A stretch of 64,000 nt of DNA from the IMG/VR virus record IMGVR_UViG_3300045988_178640; one strand, 5' to 3'. The notes below the pieces were generated by a model. It searched no databases. It had not been told where the DNA came from and saw only the letters and a program-made list of their open reading frames with translations. Positions 56,804 through 63,812 of the stretch are shown piece after piece. This DNA is from a virus. How positions within the stretch are numbered: the stretch's first letter is position 1; the number at the start of each line of letters is the position of its first letter. Both the position numbers and the translations under genes were made by a program.

Positions 56804-57403
56804 TCACCCCTCCTGAACGACCTGTACATGGGCGCAGCTGACCTCCATAGTGGTGCGGGAAACGTGGGTGCCATCCGGAAGGGTTTTGGTATAATCCCGG
56901 CTTTGCATACGGCCAACGATGCTGACGGGAGTTCCACGGTCAAGCTGGCTGGCCAGATTGGCATAGCGGCCCCATGCGATGGCGGGAATGGTGGAGCAAT
57001 TGAACTCCCGATTGACGCGGAGGATAAAATCGCTGATCTGTCGGTTAAAGGGCGTGGAGCGGAATGTGGGAACGGTTTGCAGCGTGCCGGTGAGCCGAAC
57101 GGTATTGGGGCACTGGCCCGGGTCGTTTTCCGGGAAGTCGTGGACGAAACCGAACAGACGAACGTGGGGAAAATCCTGCGCGTGATAAGTGCGAAGATCG
57201 CCGGTGGCGGTGACCAGATCTCCCTGAGAAAGAGGGTGACGCTTGAGCACATTGCCGGGGATGACAAGGGTAACAAGGTCCTGCGCCCCGCTGAGGCGTG
57301 GCACGGAAAGGACGGTTTTGTAGAAAGTGCGATTGGGAAGACGATGGCTGACGGTGACGGGGTCCACAACGGTTCCGCGGAAATAGAAGGTATTGGTATC
57401 CAT
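56804..57403 (-). CDS. OB-fold SSB-like protein (possibly two OB halves, no acidic tail)
   Basis: C-terminal half NTVRLTGTL...GTPVSIVGRMQSRDYTKTLPDGTHVSRTTMEVS resembles the SSB core GRLQSRSY...G......EV. Confidence 0.5.
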   Translation of the reverse strand: MDTNTFYFRGTVVDPVTVSHRLPNRTFYKTVLSVPRLSGAQDLVTLVIPGNVLKRHPLSQGDLVTATGDLRTYHAQDFPHVRLFGFVHDFPENDPGQCPNTVRLTGTLQTVPTFRSTPFNRQISDFILRVNREFNCSTIPAIAWGRYANLASQLDRGTPVSIVGRMQSRDYTKTLPDGTHVSRTTMEVSCAHVQVVQEG

Positions 57404-57456
57404 GATTGAATCCCTCCTGAACGGGTGAAGTATGGGTGGTTCCTGCGGTAAGCGGG

Positions 57457-57708
57457 TTACTGATGGTGGTATTCGTCCATGAAGAAGGACAGGGTTTCGG
57501 CCAGGTCGTTATCCAGATGTTCACGTTTGCAATAGATGGCATAGGCTTCGCTGAAGCATTGGAGGGCGGAACTCATCTTTGCGTAAGCGTCGCAGATGAG
57601 AACCATAGAGTCGGACATGGTGGCCTCAACGGGTGCTTTTGCCAGGAAGGAAGGAATTTCTTTGCGGGAGCTATTGGTGGCGGAAGCGGTGTTAGCAGTG
57701 TTCATCAT
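57457..57708 (-). CDS. hypothetical small protein
   Basis: ORF only. Confidence 0.4.
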   Translation of the reverse strand: MMNTANTASATNSSRKEIPSFLAKAPVEATMSDSMVLICDAYAKMSSALQCFSEAYAIYCKREHLDNDLAETLSFFMDEYHHQ

Positions 57709-57786
57709 GATATTGAATCTCCTTACATTTTGATTTTTGGTTGGGGTGAGGATGCGGGCATACAGTCTTTAGGCCGGGCGTGCGAC

Positions 57787-58578
57787 CTACAGGAGAGGAT
57801 GGCAATAGCGGTTGAGGAAGAAAACCTGTCCCTTGCCGGTGACCATGGGGACGAAATAGGTTTGCTGGGCCCTGGGGCCGCAGGAGCAGACCCGTTCGCT
57901 GACGCGCATGAGACCCTGGGCCATGCTGCGCTAGCTGGGCATATTACGGGACTGGCCGGTTTTAAGCAGCCAACCATCGTTACGGAGCGTTTCAAACAGA
58001 CGGGCGCGGCCAATATCCAGACCGTTTTGATGCATGAGCTTTGCCAGATCGCCAACGGGAATATCGTTAGGGGCGGCGGCCACGTCATCGGCGAACTTGA
58101 CCTTGTGAGCGTCCCGCTGAACCTGCGCTTGCAGCCGTTCCTTTTCCACCTGATTCTCAATACGGAGGGAACGTTCGCTATTCCACTCAGTAAAGAGCTT
58201 GGTGACGAACTGGGGAGAGGTAAAGAGCCTGTCCAGCGCCTCGGGTGACAGATACATGCCGTTATCCACCACCTGCACGGCCACATCGTCAAACAGCCAG
58301 TGGTTGAACTCCTGCGCGGCGGGAAGGTGGGACTGGGAGATGAGACGGAGAACATCGCCCTTGGGGATGACAGAAACCTGCAAAGTCTTGCTGGGGCTTT
58401 GGGGATGAGGTAGGTGGTGTTTCACCACCCACTGGCAATGTTGCTTGATAGCGTTTACGGTATCTGAATAACCAAGAGCTTTTGCTACGTCTTTGGCGAC
58501 GTAGTACCACTCTCCGTCTACAAGTACCTTGCGAACCTGACCGAACTTCGGGTTTTCCATGATGGTAATATCGTTCAT
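57787..58578 (-). pseudogene. Bro-N / KilAC antirepressor paralog interrupted by one in-frame TAG (57931-57933)
   Basis: Reads ...RNMPS-TAG-RSMAQGLMRVSE...TGKGQVFFLNRY, against the paralog ...YNMPTQKSMELGLMRIKE...LGKGQVYFVNKY. The TAG aligns with Gln (CAG). Confidence 0.6.
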
Positions 58579-58648
58579 GCGGATCTCCTTTCTTATGTTA
58601 GCAACAAGGTTTTAGGGTGCGGCAAACACACGTTCCGACTGGCGGAAT

Positions 58649-58676
58649 TTGTCGAATTTTGGTAGTATGGTATTAT
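58649..58676 (+). promoter_or_regulatory. candidate rightward promoter divergent from the Bro gene
   Basis: TTGTCG-16 nt-TATTAT. Confidence 0.4.
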
Positions 58677-58714
58677 GAAAATAGGGGCAACAGGCTTTGA
58701 GGGGATGAGAAGCG

Positions 58715-59077
58715 TTGACATTTGACCCAAGCCACATACAGTACGGGGGTGACCAGCCGTTTCGGCCGATGCCTGTACCGATTCATCCGGGCATAGAAGC
58801 GGAGAAGAAAACGGCGGAGGAAGCGGAGAAGATACGGAAGGAAACGCGGGAGTACGTGGAACGGCTCGAGCGGGAGTTACAGCAGACCAGAAATGAGCTT
58901 TCCGATTTGAAAGCCCAGCAACAGCGCCGCCAGGATGCAGAGGCGATTCAAGTTATCCTCAATAGAAAGCAGAATCGTCGTGATGTGCTGATAGGCTCGG
59001 CATTCAGCGTAGGTCTTACCCTGCTTTTGGAGCATTTGGGCGATTTGATTGGTATCATCAAGGCGCTTTTGAAATAG
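58715..59077 (+). CDS. coiled-coil protein with C-terminal hydrophobic segment
   Basis: TTG start; ...VLIGSAFSVGLTLLLEHLGDLIGII. Confidence 0.45.
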   Translation: MTFDPSHIQYGGDQPFRPMPVPIHPGIEAEKKTAEEAEKIRKETREYVERLERELQQTRNELSDLKAQQQRRQDAEAIQVILNRKQNRRDVLIGSAFSVGLTLLLEHLGDLIGIIKALLK

Positions 59078-59150
59078 ACTTTCTTTTTTCAATAGAAAAA
59101 CCTCCCTTCGGCAAGCCGAACATTTTACGAAAGACGGGAAAGAAACAAAA

Positions 59151-59753
59151 ATGGACATTGTAAGCGGCGTTTTGGGCGTGCTGGGCTTTGTGATTTCCCT
59201 GGTAACGCTGGGGCTGGTGCTGTGGGACAGGCGGCAGAGAATCGCCATTGCCAATGAAAAACTGTACGGGATAGACGAACCGACGATGCCGTACCTGATG
59301 TTCTTTCTTGACTGCACGGTGATAAACTGTTCCCCTACGCCGGTTTCCATTACGGGAGGGAACCTGTGCGTGTGCGGTGTGCAGGGAAACCTTGAAACCC
59401 ACAGCGTACTGTTTGGGCGTTACCGGGTGAAAGGGCAACAGCTAGCCGGGCTATACTCTACGGCGTTTCCGATTGCGCTGGGGCCTTACGAAGCTCGTAG
59501 CTGTATAATGTGCTGTATTCAGGGTCGAGACCGGCCTGAATCCAATTCCCCGTTATACGCGCCCCTGCGGGCGGTATGTCTTGCGGAGATGGGGCGTATG
59601 CAAAGCCAACCATATACCCATGAGCCGTTTCCTCCACGCACTGACGGGGTTGTTCGTCTCTATACATCGCGTAAGGGCCAAAGGATAAGAGTACATCCGG
59701 CGCTTGAGCATCCGGGGAGGAGGCTGCAGCGGGAGCAGAAGGCGGCTCTTTAG
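59151..59753 (+). CDS. N-terminally membrane-anchored protein (3' extent doubtful)
   Basis: MDIVSGVLGVLGFVISLVTLGLVLW looks genuine. The last ~100 codons are Arg/Pro-rich and overlap the minus-strand ORF 59458-59955. Confidence 0.35.
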   Translation: MDIVSGVLGVLGFVISLVTLGLVLWDRRQRIAIANEKLYGIDEPTMPYLMFFLDCTVINCSPTPVSITGGNLCVCGVQGNLETHSVLFGRYRVKGQQLAGLYSTAFPIALGPYEARSCIMCCIQGRDRPESNSPLYAPLRAVCLAEMGRMQSQPYTHEPFPPRTDGVVRLYTSRKGQRIRVHPALEHPGRRLQREQKAAL

Positions 59754-59955
59754 CCAGTGGGACGAAATTCTCCGCTGAATAGAGAACGAAGGCAAGAAAT
59801 TCCCGAAGCTGGCGGAGGGTGACGTTTTCGCTTTGCGCCATCGTGAGAACGCCGTTTTTGGCATTTTCAATCCAGTGGTAGGGAGCGCCCGTAGTCTCCG
59901 ACACAAGGGCCGGGAAACGGGAAACAAACTCGTTGTAGATGCTTTCGATTCGCAA
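59458..59955 (-). CDS. hypothetical protein downstream of Rha
   Basis: GGGAGGG SD, TTG start at 59955. Overlaps the convergent ORF 59151-59753. Confidence 0.45.
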   Translation of the reverse strand: MRIESIYNEFVSRFPALVSETTGAPYHWIENAKNGVLTMAQSENVTLRQLREFLAFVLYSAENFVPLAKEPPSAPAAASSPDAQAPDVLLSFGPYAMYRDEQPRQCVEETAHGYMVGFAYAPSPQDIPPAGARITGNWIQAGLDPEYSTLYSYELRKAPAQSETP

Positions 59956-59969
59956 GGCAAGCCCTCCCT

Positions 59970-60770
59970 TCACACAACGGCTTCCACCAGCTCTACGCCG
60001 TAGTGGATGCACATTTCGCGGACGATTTGCACATAGGCTTCCACAGCCCGCTTATCGGAAGCAATTACGTCCAGATAGTTGAGCTTCTTTACCTCGGTAG
60101 CGGAGGAACCGTTGAGCATGAGGCGGGCGCGGCGATTGCTGAGGCGGCGCTTTACGTCGAAACCGAAGCGTTCCTTCATGAGGCGGTAAATATCCCGCTG
60201 AACGTCCACGATGTACTGATTGCCGCCCATGACCTGAGCGATTTTGACAATGGCGTCGTGGGTGGACTTGCGCCAGCCGTTGGGGTTGATGGCGATGGTA
60301 TTGCCGATGGATTCCACCTTGCGGGTAACGTCGTCCAGTTTAAGGGACTGTTCCTGCTGTCGGGTTTCCATTTCGCGGAGAGCGCGGACGGTGGCTTCCA
60401 GAATATCCAGGCTGGACTGGGGCTTTTGCAGTTTCTTTTCCATTTCGTCAAACTGGGTGACGTAGGCCGCTGTAAACAGCACGCCCTTTTCGCCGGTCAT
60501 CTTGTTTGCCACCATGTCGCAGCCCTTTCGGGTGAGAAGGTAACAAGGACGGGGTTTCCCCTGTTCATCGGAATAGGTGCTTTCGATGAAGAAATTGGCC
60601 AGTCCAAATTTGGACTCGCTAGGCGTATCAAGGGTTTCAGCGTTCTTTTCCAAAATTTGAGAGTAACCTTGAATATCCCGCAGAAGATGCTTATGCTCTT
60701 TACTCAGCATCCGGGCGACCTCGCGACTATCCACGACCAATTTTCCGTTTTGATTGACGATACTAAGCAA
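59970..60770 (-). CDS. Rha-family phage regulatory protein (antirepressor)
   Basis: KLVVDSREVARMLSKEHKHLLRDIQGY...FFIESTYSDEQGKPRPCYLLTRKGCDMVANKMTGEKG. TTG start, AAGGAG SD. Confidence 0.85.
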   Translation of the reverse strand: MLSIVNQNGKLVVDSREVARMLSKEHKHLLRDIQGYSQILEKNAETLDTPSESKFGLANFFIESTYSDEQGKPRPCYLLTRKGCDMVANKMTGEKGVLFTAAYVTQFDEMEKKLQKPQSSLDILEATVRALREMETRQQEQSLKLDDVTRKVESIGNTIAINPNGWRKSTHDAIVKIAQVMGGNQYIVDVQRDIYRLMKERFGFDVKRRLSNRRARLMLNGSSATEVKKLNYLDVIASDKRAVEAYVQIVREMCIHYGVELVEAVV

Positions 60771-60840
60771 TATATTTCACTCCTTGCTGGTCGATGAGTT
60801 AAGGGTTGACCGAAGGAGAAAAGCATGTTAGAATTTGCTG

Positions 60841-60915
60841 GTCTCCAGCGGTTGTTGGGGCGCTGGGTTTGCCGCAATCTTGCGAGGATGGGTCGGCAAA
60901 CCCTCTTTATTTTTT
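60841..60915 (+). ncRNA. predicted small RNA 1 (between the RHH gene and Rha, convergent with RHH)
   Basis: Promoter TTGACC (60806) -17 nt- TGtTAGAAT (60826-60834). 5' hairpin GCTGG-TCT-CCAGC. Terminator GGGTTTGCCG...CGGCAAACCC + TCTTTATTTTTT overlaps the RHH stop. Confidence 0.5.
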
Positions 60916-61080
60916 CAGGCTTTCGTAAACGACCCGTATTCCTTTTCGGATAACATCGGCCTTTGTCATGCCGGTTATCTTGCAACACTCTTCCAGCATG
61001 CGCACATCTTCATCGGACATGCGGATGCGGGTTTCGTGCTTTTTGGGGTCGGAAGTCGGCCTTCCGGTTTTTGGCGACAT
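60907..61080 (-). CDS. ribbon-helix-helix (CopG/Arc-like) protein
   Basis: MSPKTGRPTSDPKKHETRIRMSDEDVRMLEECCKITGMTKADVIRKGIRVVYESL. Confidence 0.75.
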   Translation of the reverse strand: MSPKTGRPTSDPKKHETRIRMSDEDVRMLEECCKITGMTKADVIRKGIRVVYESLKK

Positions 61081-61098
61081 GCTTTTCACCTCTCTTTT

Positions 61099-61142
61099 GT
61101 GTCACCATAATTACATTATACATACGGTGACACATAAGTCAA
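61099..61142 (-). promoter_or_regulatory. TTGACT promoter with operator palindrome for RHH 60907
   Basis: Minus strand reads TTGACT-16 nt-TATAAT. The inverted repeat GTGTCACC / GGTGACAC flanks the -10. Confidence 0.6.
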
Positions 61143-61196
61143 TCCCTTTTGTGAAATTTTGTTGACCCAAGGAGGATTGCATGTTAAGATTTACAA

Positions 61197-61286
61197 GCCC
61201 CCTTCGGGTGGGTGGCCCCGCTGGATGCTGGAATTGTGAGAGATTGCAAGCATCGGCGGGGATTTCCCTATTCGCCTATTTCTTCC
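61197..61286 (+). ncRNA. predicted small RNA 2
   Basis: Promoter TTGACC (61162) -17 nt- TGtTAAGAT (61182-61190). 13-bp bulged hairpin CCCCGCTGGATGCT...AGCATCGGCGGGG, then a T-rich tail overlapping the stop of RHH 61268. Confidence 0.4.
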
Positions 61287-61444
61287 TTGACCTTGCGTCG
61301 GAACCAATCGGTTCTGGTCTCTCCGCGCTCCTTTAAGCGCTTGTCGAGCTTTTCAACCTTTTCAGGTTCTACCATGAACACGATTTGTTTCAGTTTCTTT
61401 CGGCGGTCGCGGAAGTATTCGGCACGGCTTTTGCCGTCAGCCAC
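61268..61444 (-). CDS. ribbon-helix-helix protein (different subtype, no GRP motif)
   Basis: GTG start 7 nt after AAAGGAGG. KQIVFMVEPEKVEKLDKRLKERGETRTDWFRRKVKEEI fits the beta-alpha-alpha pattern. Confidence 0.6.
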   Translation of the reverse strand: MADGKSRAEYFRDRRKKLKQIVFMVEPEKVEKLDKRLKERGETRTDWFRRKVKEEIGE

Positions 61445-61612
61445 ATTCAATCCTCCTTTCGTTGTAGCTAGATACAGCATAATATGTAGCTAACTACAAG
61501 TCAAGCCCTTTTGTGATTTTTCCTGAAAAAAGTGTACAAAAAACCTCCCTTCAAACAATACGAACAAATGTTCCGTCTTGCCCAAAGGGAGTGGCGTGCT
61601 TATAATAAACAT

Positions 61613-61686
61613 GCAGCATCCCTTTGGGCTGTTGTGGTGGGAACAGTAAGACTAGTTTGGCGACCGGCTTACTGTTCTTTTTTTGC
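61613..61686 (+). ncRNA. predicted small RNA 3
   Basis: Promoter TTGCCC (61578) -17 nt- TATAAT (61601). Terminator GAACAGTAAG...CTTACTGTTC + TTTTTTT; its 3' arm encodes the last codons of RHH 61669. Confidence 0.5.
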
Positions 61687-61896
61687 GTCTGTTTCTTTTT
61701 CCAGAAGGGATTGATAGACGCGGTCAATTCCTTCTTTGATAACCTGCGTTTTGGACCAGCCCGTCTTTTTCATGCAGAAGTTTACTTTTTCCTCTTCTTT
61801 TTCGGAAAGACGGAAGCCGATTCTGGAACGCTTTGGGTCATTCGTAGGTCTACCGGTGCGTACCGTTTGCCTCACCTCCTTATCGGGTACGCACAC
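61669..61896 (-). CDS. ribbon-helix-helix (CopG/Arc-like) protein
   Basis: ..RTGRPTNDPKRSRIGFRLSEKEEEKVNFCMKKTGWSKTQVIKEGIDRVYQSL. Start uncertain: the ORF-track GTG at 61896 lies only a few nt below the -10, and an ACG at 61866 sits 8 nt after AAGGAGG. Confidence 0.65.
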   Translation of the reverse strand: MCVPDKEVRQTVRTGRPTNDPKRSRIGFRLSEKEEEKVNFCMKKTGWSKTQVIKEGIDRVYQSLLEKETDAKKEQ

Positions 61897-61949
61897 AGTA
61901 TATATTACGTTTGTACAAAAGTCAAGCGGTTTTGAAAAAAATCGAGCAA

Positions 61950-63065
61950 TTAGCGGCTGATGGTTATTACAAGTATTCCAAAGGCCAGTTCAGCTTCAGC
62001 GGAGAAACCATTTACTTCAACTTGATACTGTTTGTTCTCAAGCTCTCCTGTGTCTGAGTTTGAAAGACCGGTTATCAGTTTATCTGCAAGCACGTTACAA
62101 TCCAAATCGGGATTAAATCCAGAAATGGCAGCCGCGACATATCCAAAAATATTTGTTATTTGCGTCTGCGTTCCGTAATCCGATGAAGCGTCTTTTGAAA
62201 ACGCATAAGTAAGGTTAACGCTTTTCAATGTTTCATCTTCGTCAAAATGGAGTACAATTGTAACCGGCTCTCCGTTCTCTTTGCCTTTATAAGAAAGCGC
62301 CGTTTTGTCTATTTCTTTGGTTACTACGTCTTGATAATCGCCAAAATCGGAAACTTTTAGCGGATGAATGGTTAGTCTGTCCTTATATTTTCCGCTAAGC
62401 ATTTCGTCCGCTACTACATTATAGCCCCCGACGAAAAATCCGGTTGCCAAATGGTAATCAGGTTCTTCCTCATCCGGTAATTTAACGAATATTTCATAAG
62501 ACGTTTTTTCACCTTCGCCATTTTCGGTATCTGCGGCAGCCGTGGGAGAAGCGGTCGGTTCCTCGGTTACGGACGGCGTTTCTGTGGGGGATGGTGTTTC
62601 TGCCGCTTGGGCGGTTTCAGTCGGCTCAAGCTCGATAAATTGCCAGTAATACGATGATGCTTCGTCCTGGGTAAGCGCAAGGCCGTACCTTTCGTACAGT
62701 TCTATAATGAGTGCGCTCCTTACATTCGTTCCCGCATTCCACAGAACGTTCCCAAGCAAGGAACTTGGATAGAGTTTGGTTGCGTTTAACTGCATCCTGC
62801 ACGCGTCGATATATTGATGGGCGATGGTATCAAATCTTTCATCATCGAACTTTTCATCTGCGAATTTTTCAATATGCTTTAACTCGATATTCACAAGCGA
62901 TTGAAAGTAGGAAATATCCTCCGTTTCGTCCTGAATAGCTTCCAATCGTTCCCTGATTCCACTAAGCATATCGCTTAGGAACGCCTCTTGGTTCGTTTCA
63001 GAAAAAGCGACAGAGCATGTGAATATTGTTATGACAGCCAGGAACATACATGCGATTCGTTTCAC
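61950..63065 (-). CDS. secreted protein (signal peptide, Thr/Pro/Glu linker), moron-like
   Basis: MKRIACMFLAVITIFTCSVAFS signal peptide. AT-rich relative to the rest of the phage. Confidence 0.65.
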   Translation of the reverse strand: MKRIACMFLAVITIFTCSVAFSETNQEAFLSDMLSGIRERLEAIQDETEDISYFQSLVNIELKHIEKFADEKFDDERFDTIAHQYIDACRMQLNATKLYPSSLLGNVLWNAGTNVRSALIIELYERYGLALTQDEASSYYWQFIELEPTETAQAAETPSPTETPSVTEEPTASPTAAADTENGEGEKTSYEIFVKLPDEEEPDYHLATGFFVGGYNVVADEMLSGKYKDRLTIHPLKVSDFGDYQDVVTKEIDKTALSYKGKENGEPVTIVLHFDEDETLKSVNLTYAFSKDASSDYGTQTQITNIFGYVAAAISGFNPDLDCNVLADKLITGLSNSDTGELENKQYQVEVNGFSAEAELAFGILVITISR

Positions 63066-63132
63066 GAGTTTCCCCTCCCAAATTCAAATAGCGTGGAGTG
63101 ACGATAAAGTTTTTGTGCCTTTTGCGGCGCTA

Positions 63133-63495
63133 TCAATCGAAATAAATGTTATCGCCAATTTGAACCATGATGACCTGCCACTTGGTTCCGACTTCTTGAA
63201 TCATACAGCCCCAGGTTTCACGAATCATAGCGCCGAAGCTGTTTTGACTATCCACATAGCCTACGATCATATATACGCCGCCTTCCCCCTTCTGGTAGCT
63301 GCATTCGGAGTAATTGGGAAATTTAGCCGTTAGAGGGGATTTGAGATGAGCGGTTACCAATTCCCTTGCGTAAACAAACAAGCCGGACTTGTAATCTTCG
63401 CCGATGGAAGAACCGTAGGTGGAGCCGTAAGCGAGAGCAGAAGCGGACGCAAACACCAGGCAGAATACCAGCCCCAGACAAACCAACCTTTTCAT
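63133..63495 (-). CDS. small secreted protein, moron-like
   Basis: MKRLVCLGLVFCLVFASASALA signal peptide. AAGGAGG SD. Confidence 0.65.
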   Translation of the reverse strand: MKRLVCLGLVFCLVFASASALAYGSTYGSSIGEDYKSGLFVYARELVTAHLKSPLTAKFPNYSECSYQKGEGGVYMIVGYVDSQNSFGAMIRETWGCMIQEVGTKWQVIMVQIGDNIYFD

Positions 63496-63538
63496 TTCCA
63501 GTACCTCCTTGTATTGTGTGTGGTTACCAACTGCTGTA

Positions 63539-63567
63539 AGTGTACGCTTTCCGGGGATGCAAGTCAA
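63539..63567 (-). promoter_or_regulatory. leftward promoter of the secreted-protein genes
   Basis: Minus strand reads TTGACT-17 nt-TACACT. Confidence 0.55.
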
Positions 63568-63589
63568 GTGAACTTTGGTGTCCTGTTTA

Positions 63590-63658
63590 TGTCGAAAACT
63601 GTCTTTTTATGTGGAAAACTGCCTTTTTCTTGAACAAATGGTGGAAAAGTGGTACAAT
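63590..63658 (+). promoter_or_regulatory. rightward promoter of the XRE gene preceded by two 20-bp direct repeats
   Basis: TGTCGAAAACTGTCTTTTTA / TGTGGAAAACTGCCTTTTTC, then TTGAAC (63630) -17 nt- TGgTACAAT (63650-63658). Confidence 0.6.
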
Positions 63659-63738
63659 TTGAACCAGCAAAAGGGTGCGGCGTATGTGGCGCTGGCCTAT
63701 GCATAGCACACTTGGGGGACAAAAGCAAGCCCCAAAAT

Positions 63739-63812
63739 TGGGAAAAAGTCACCGAATCTGGGAAAAACGTTACCGAAAATGGGAAAAAGGAGCTCAAAAA
63801 TGGGAATGGAGC
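63739..63812 (+). repeat. phased 20-21 bp direct repeats across the XRE leader, SD and start codon
   Basis: TGGGAAAAAGTCACCGAATC / TGGGAAAAACGTTACCGAAAA / TGGGAAAAAGGAGCTCAAAAA / TGGGAATGGAGC. Confidence 0.65.

Noticed and set aside
57404-57456. Sixth sRNA cassette suggested by the shared GGGTGGTTCCTGCG motif (also at 56373)
   Set aside because: There is no acceptable -10/-35 pair or terminator here, and the adjacent ORF (57457-57708) is not RHH-like. At most it is a remnant.
60003-60797. 264-aa plus-strand ORF
   Set aside because: It is antisense to the Rha gene, which has the conserved VVDSREVA...CYLLT..GC signature.
60825-61335. Short peptides starting at the ATG inside the sRNA -10 regions (MLEFAGLQ..., MLRFTSPL...) with apparent AAGGAG SDs
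   Set aside because: Only the first three codons are shared because they are the -10 element. The downstream peptide sequences and lengths are unrelated, the third cassette has no equivalent ORF, and the spacing fits -35/-10 geometry exactly (17 nt). A promoter reading is preferred, although a dual function cannot be excluded.
63564-63797. 77-aa minus-strand ORF with FFP.SVTF repeats
   Set aside because: It is a translation artefact of the 20-21 bp DNA repeats in the XRE leader.
63739-63812. CRISPR-like array
   Set aside because: The repeats are contiguous 20-21 bp units without spacers. They overlap an SD and start codon, and no cas genes are present.
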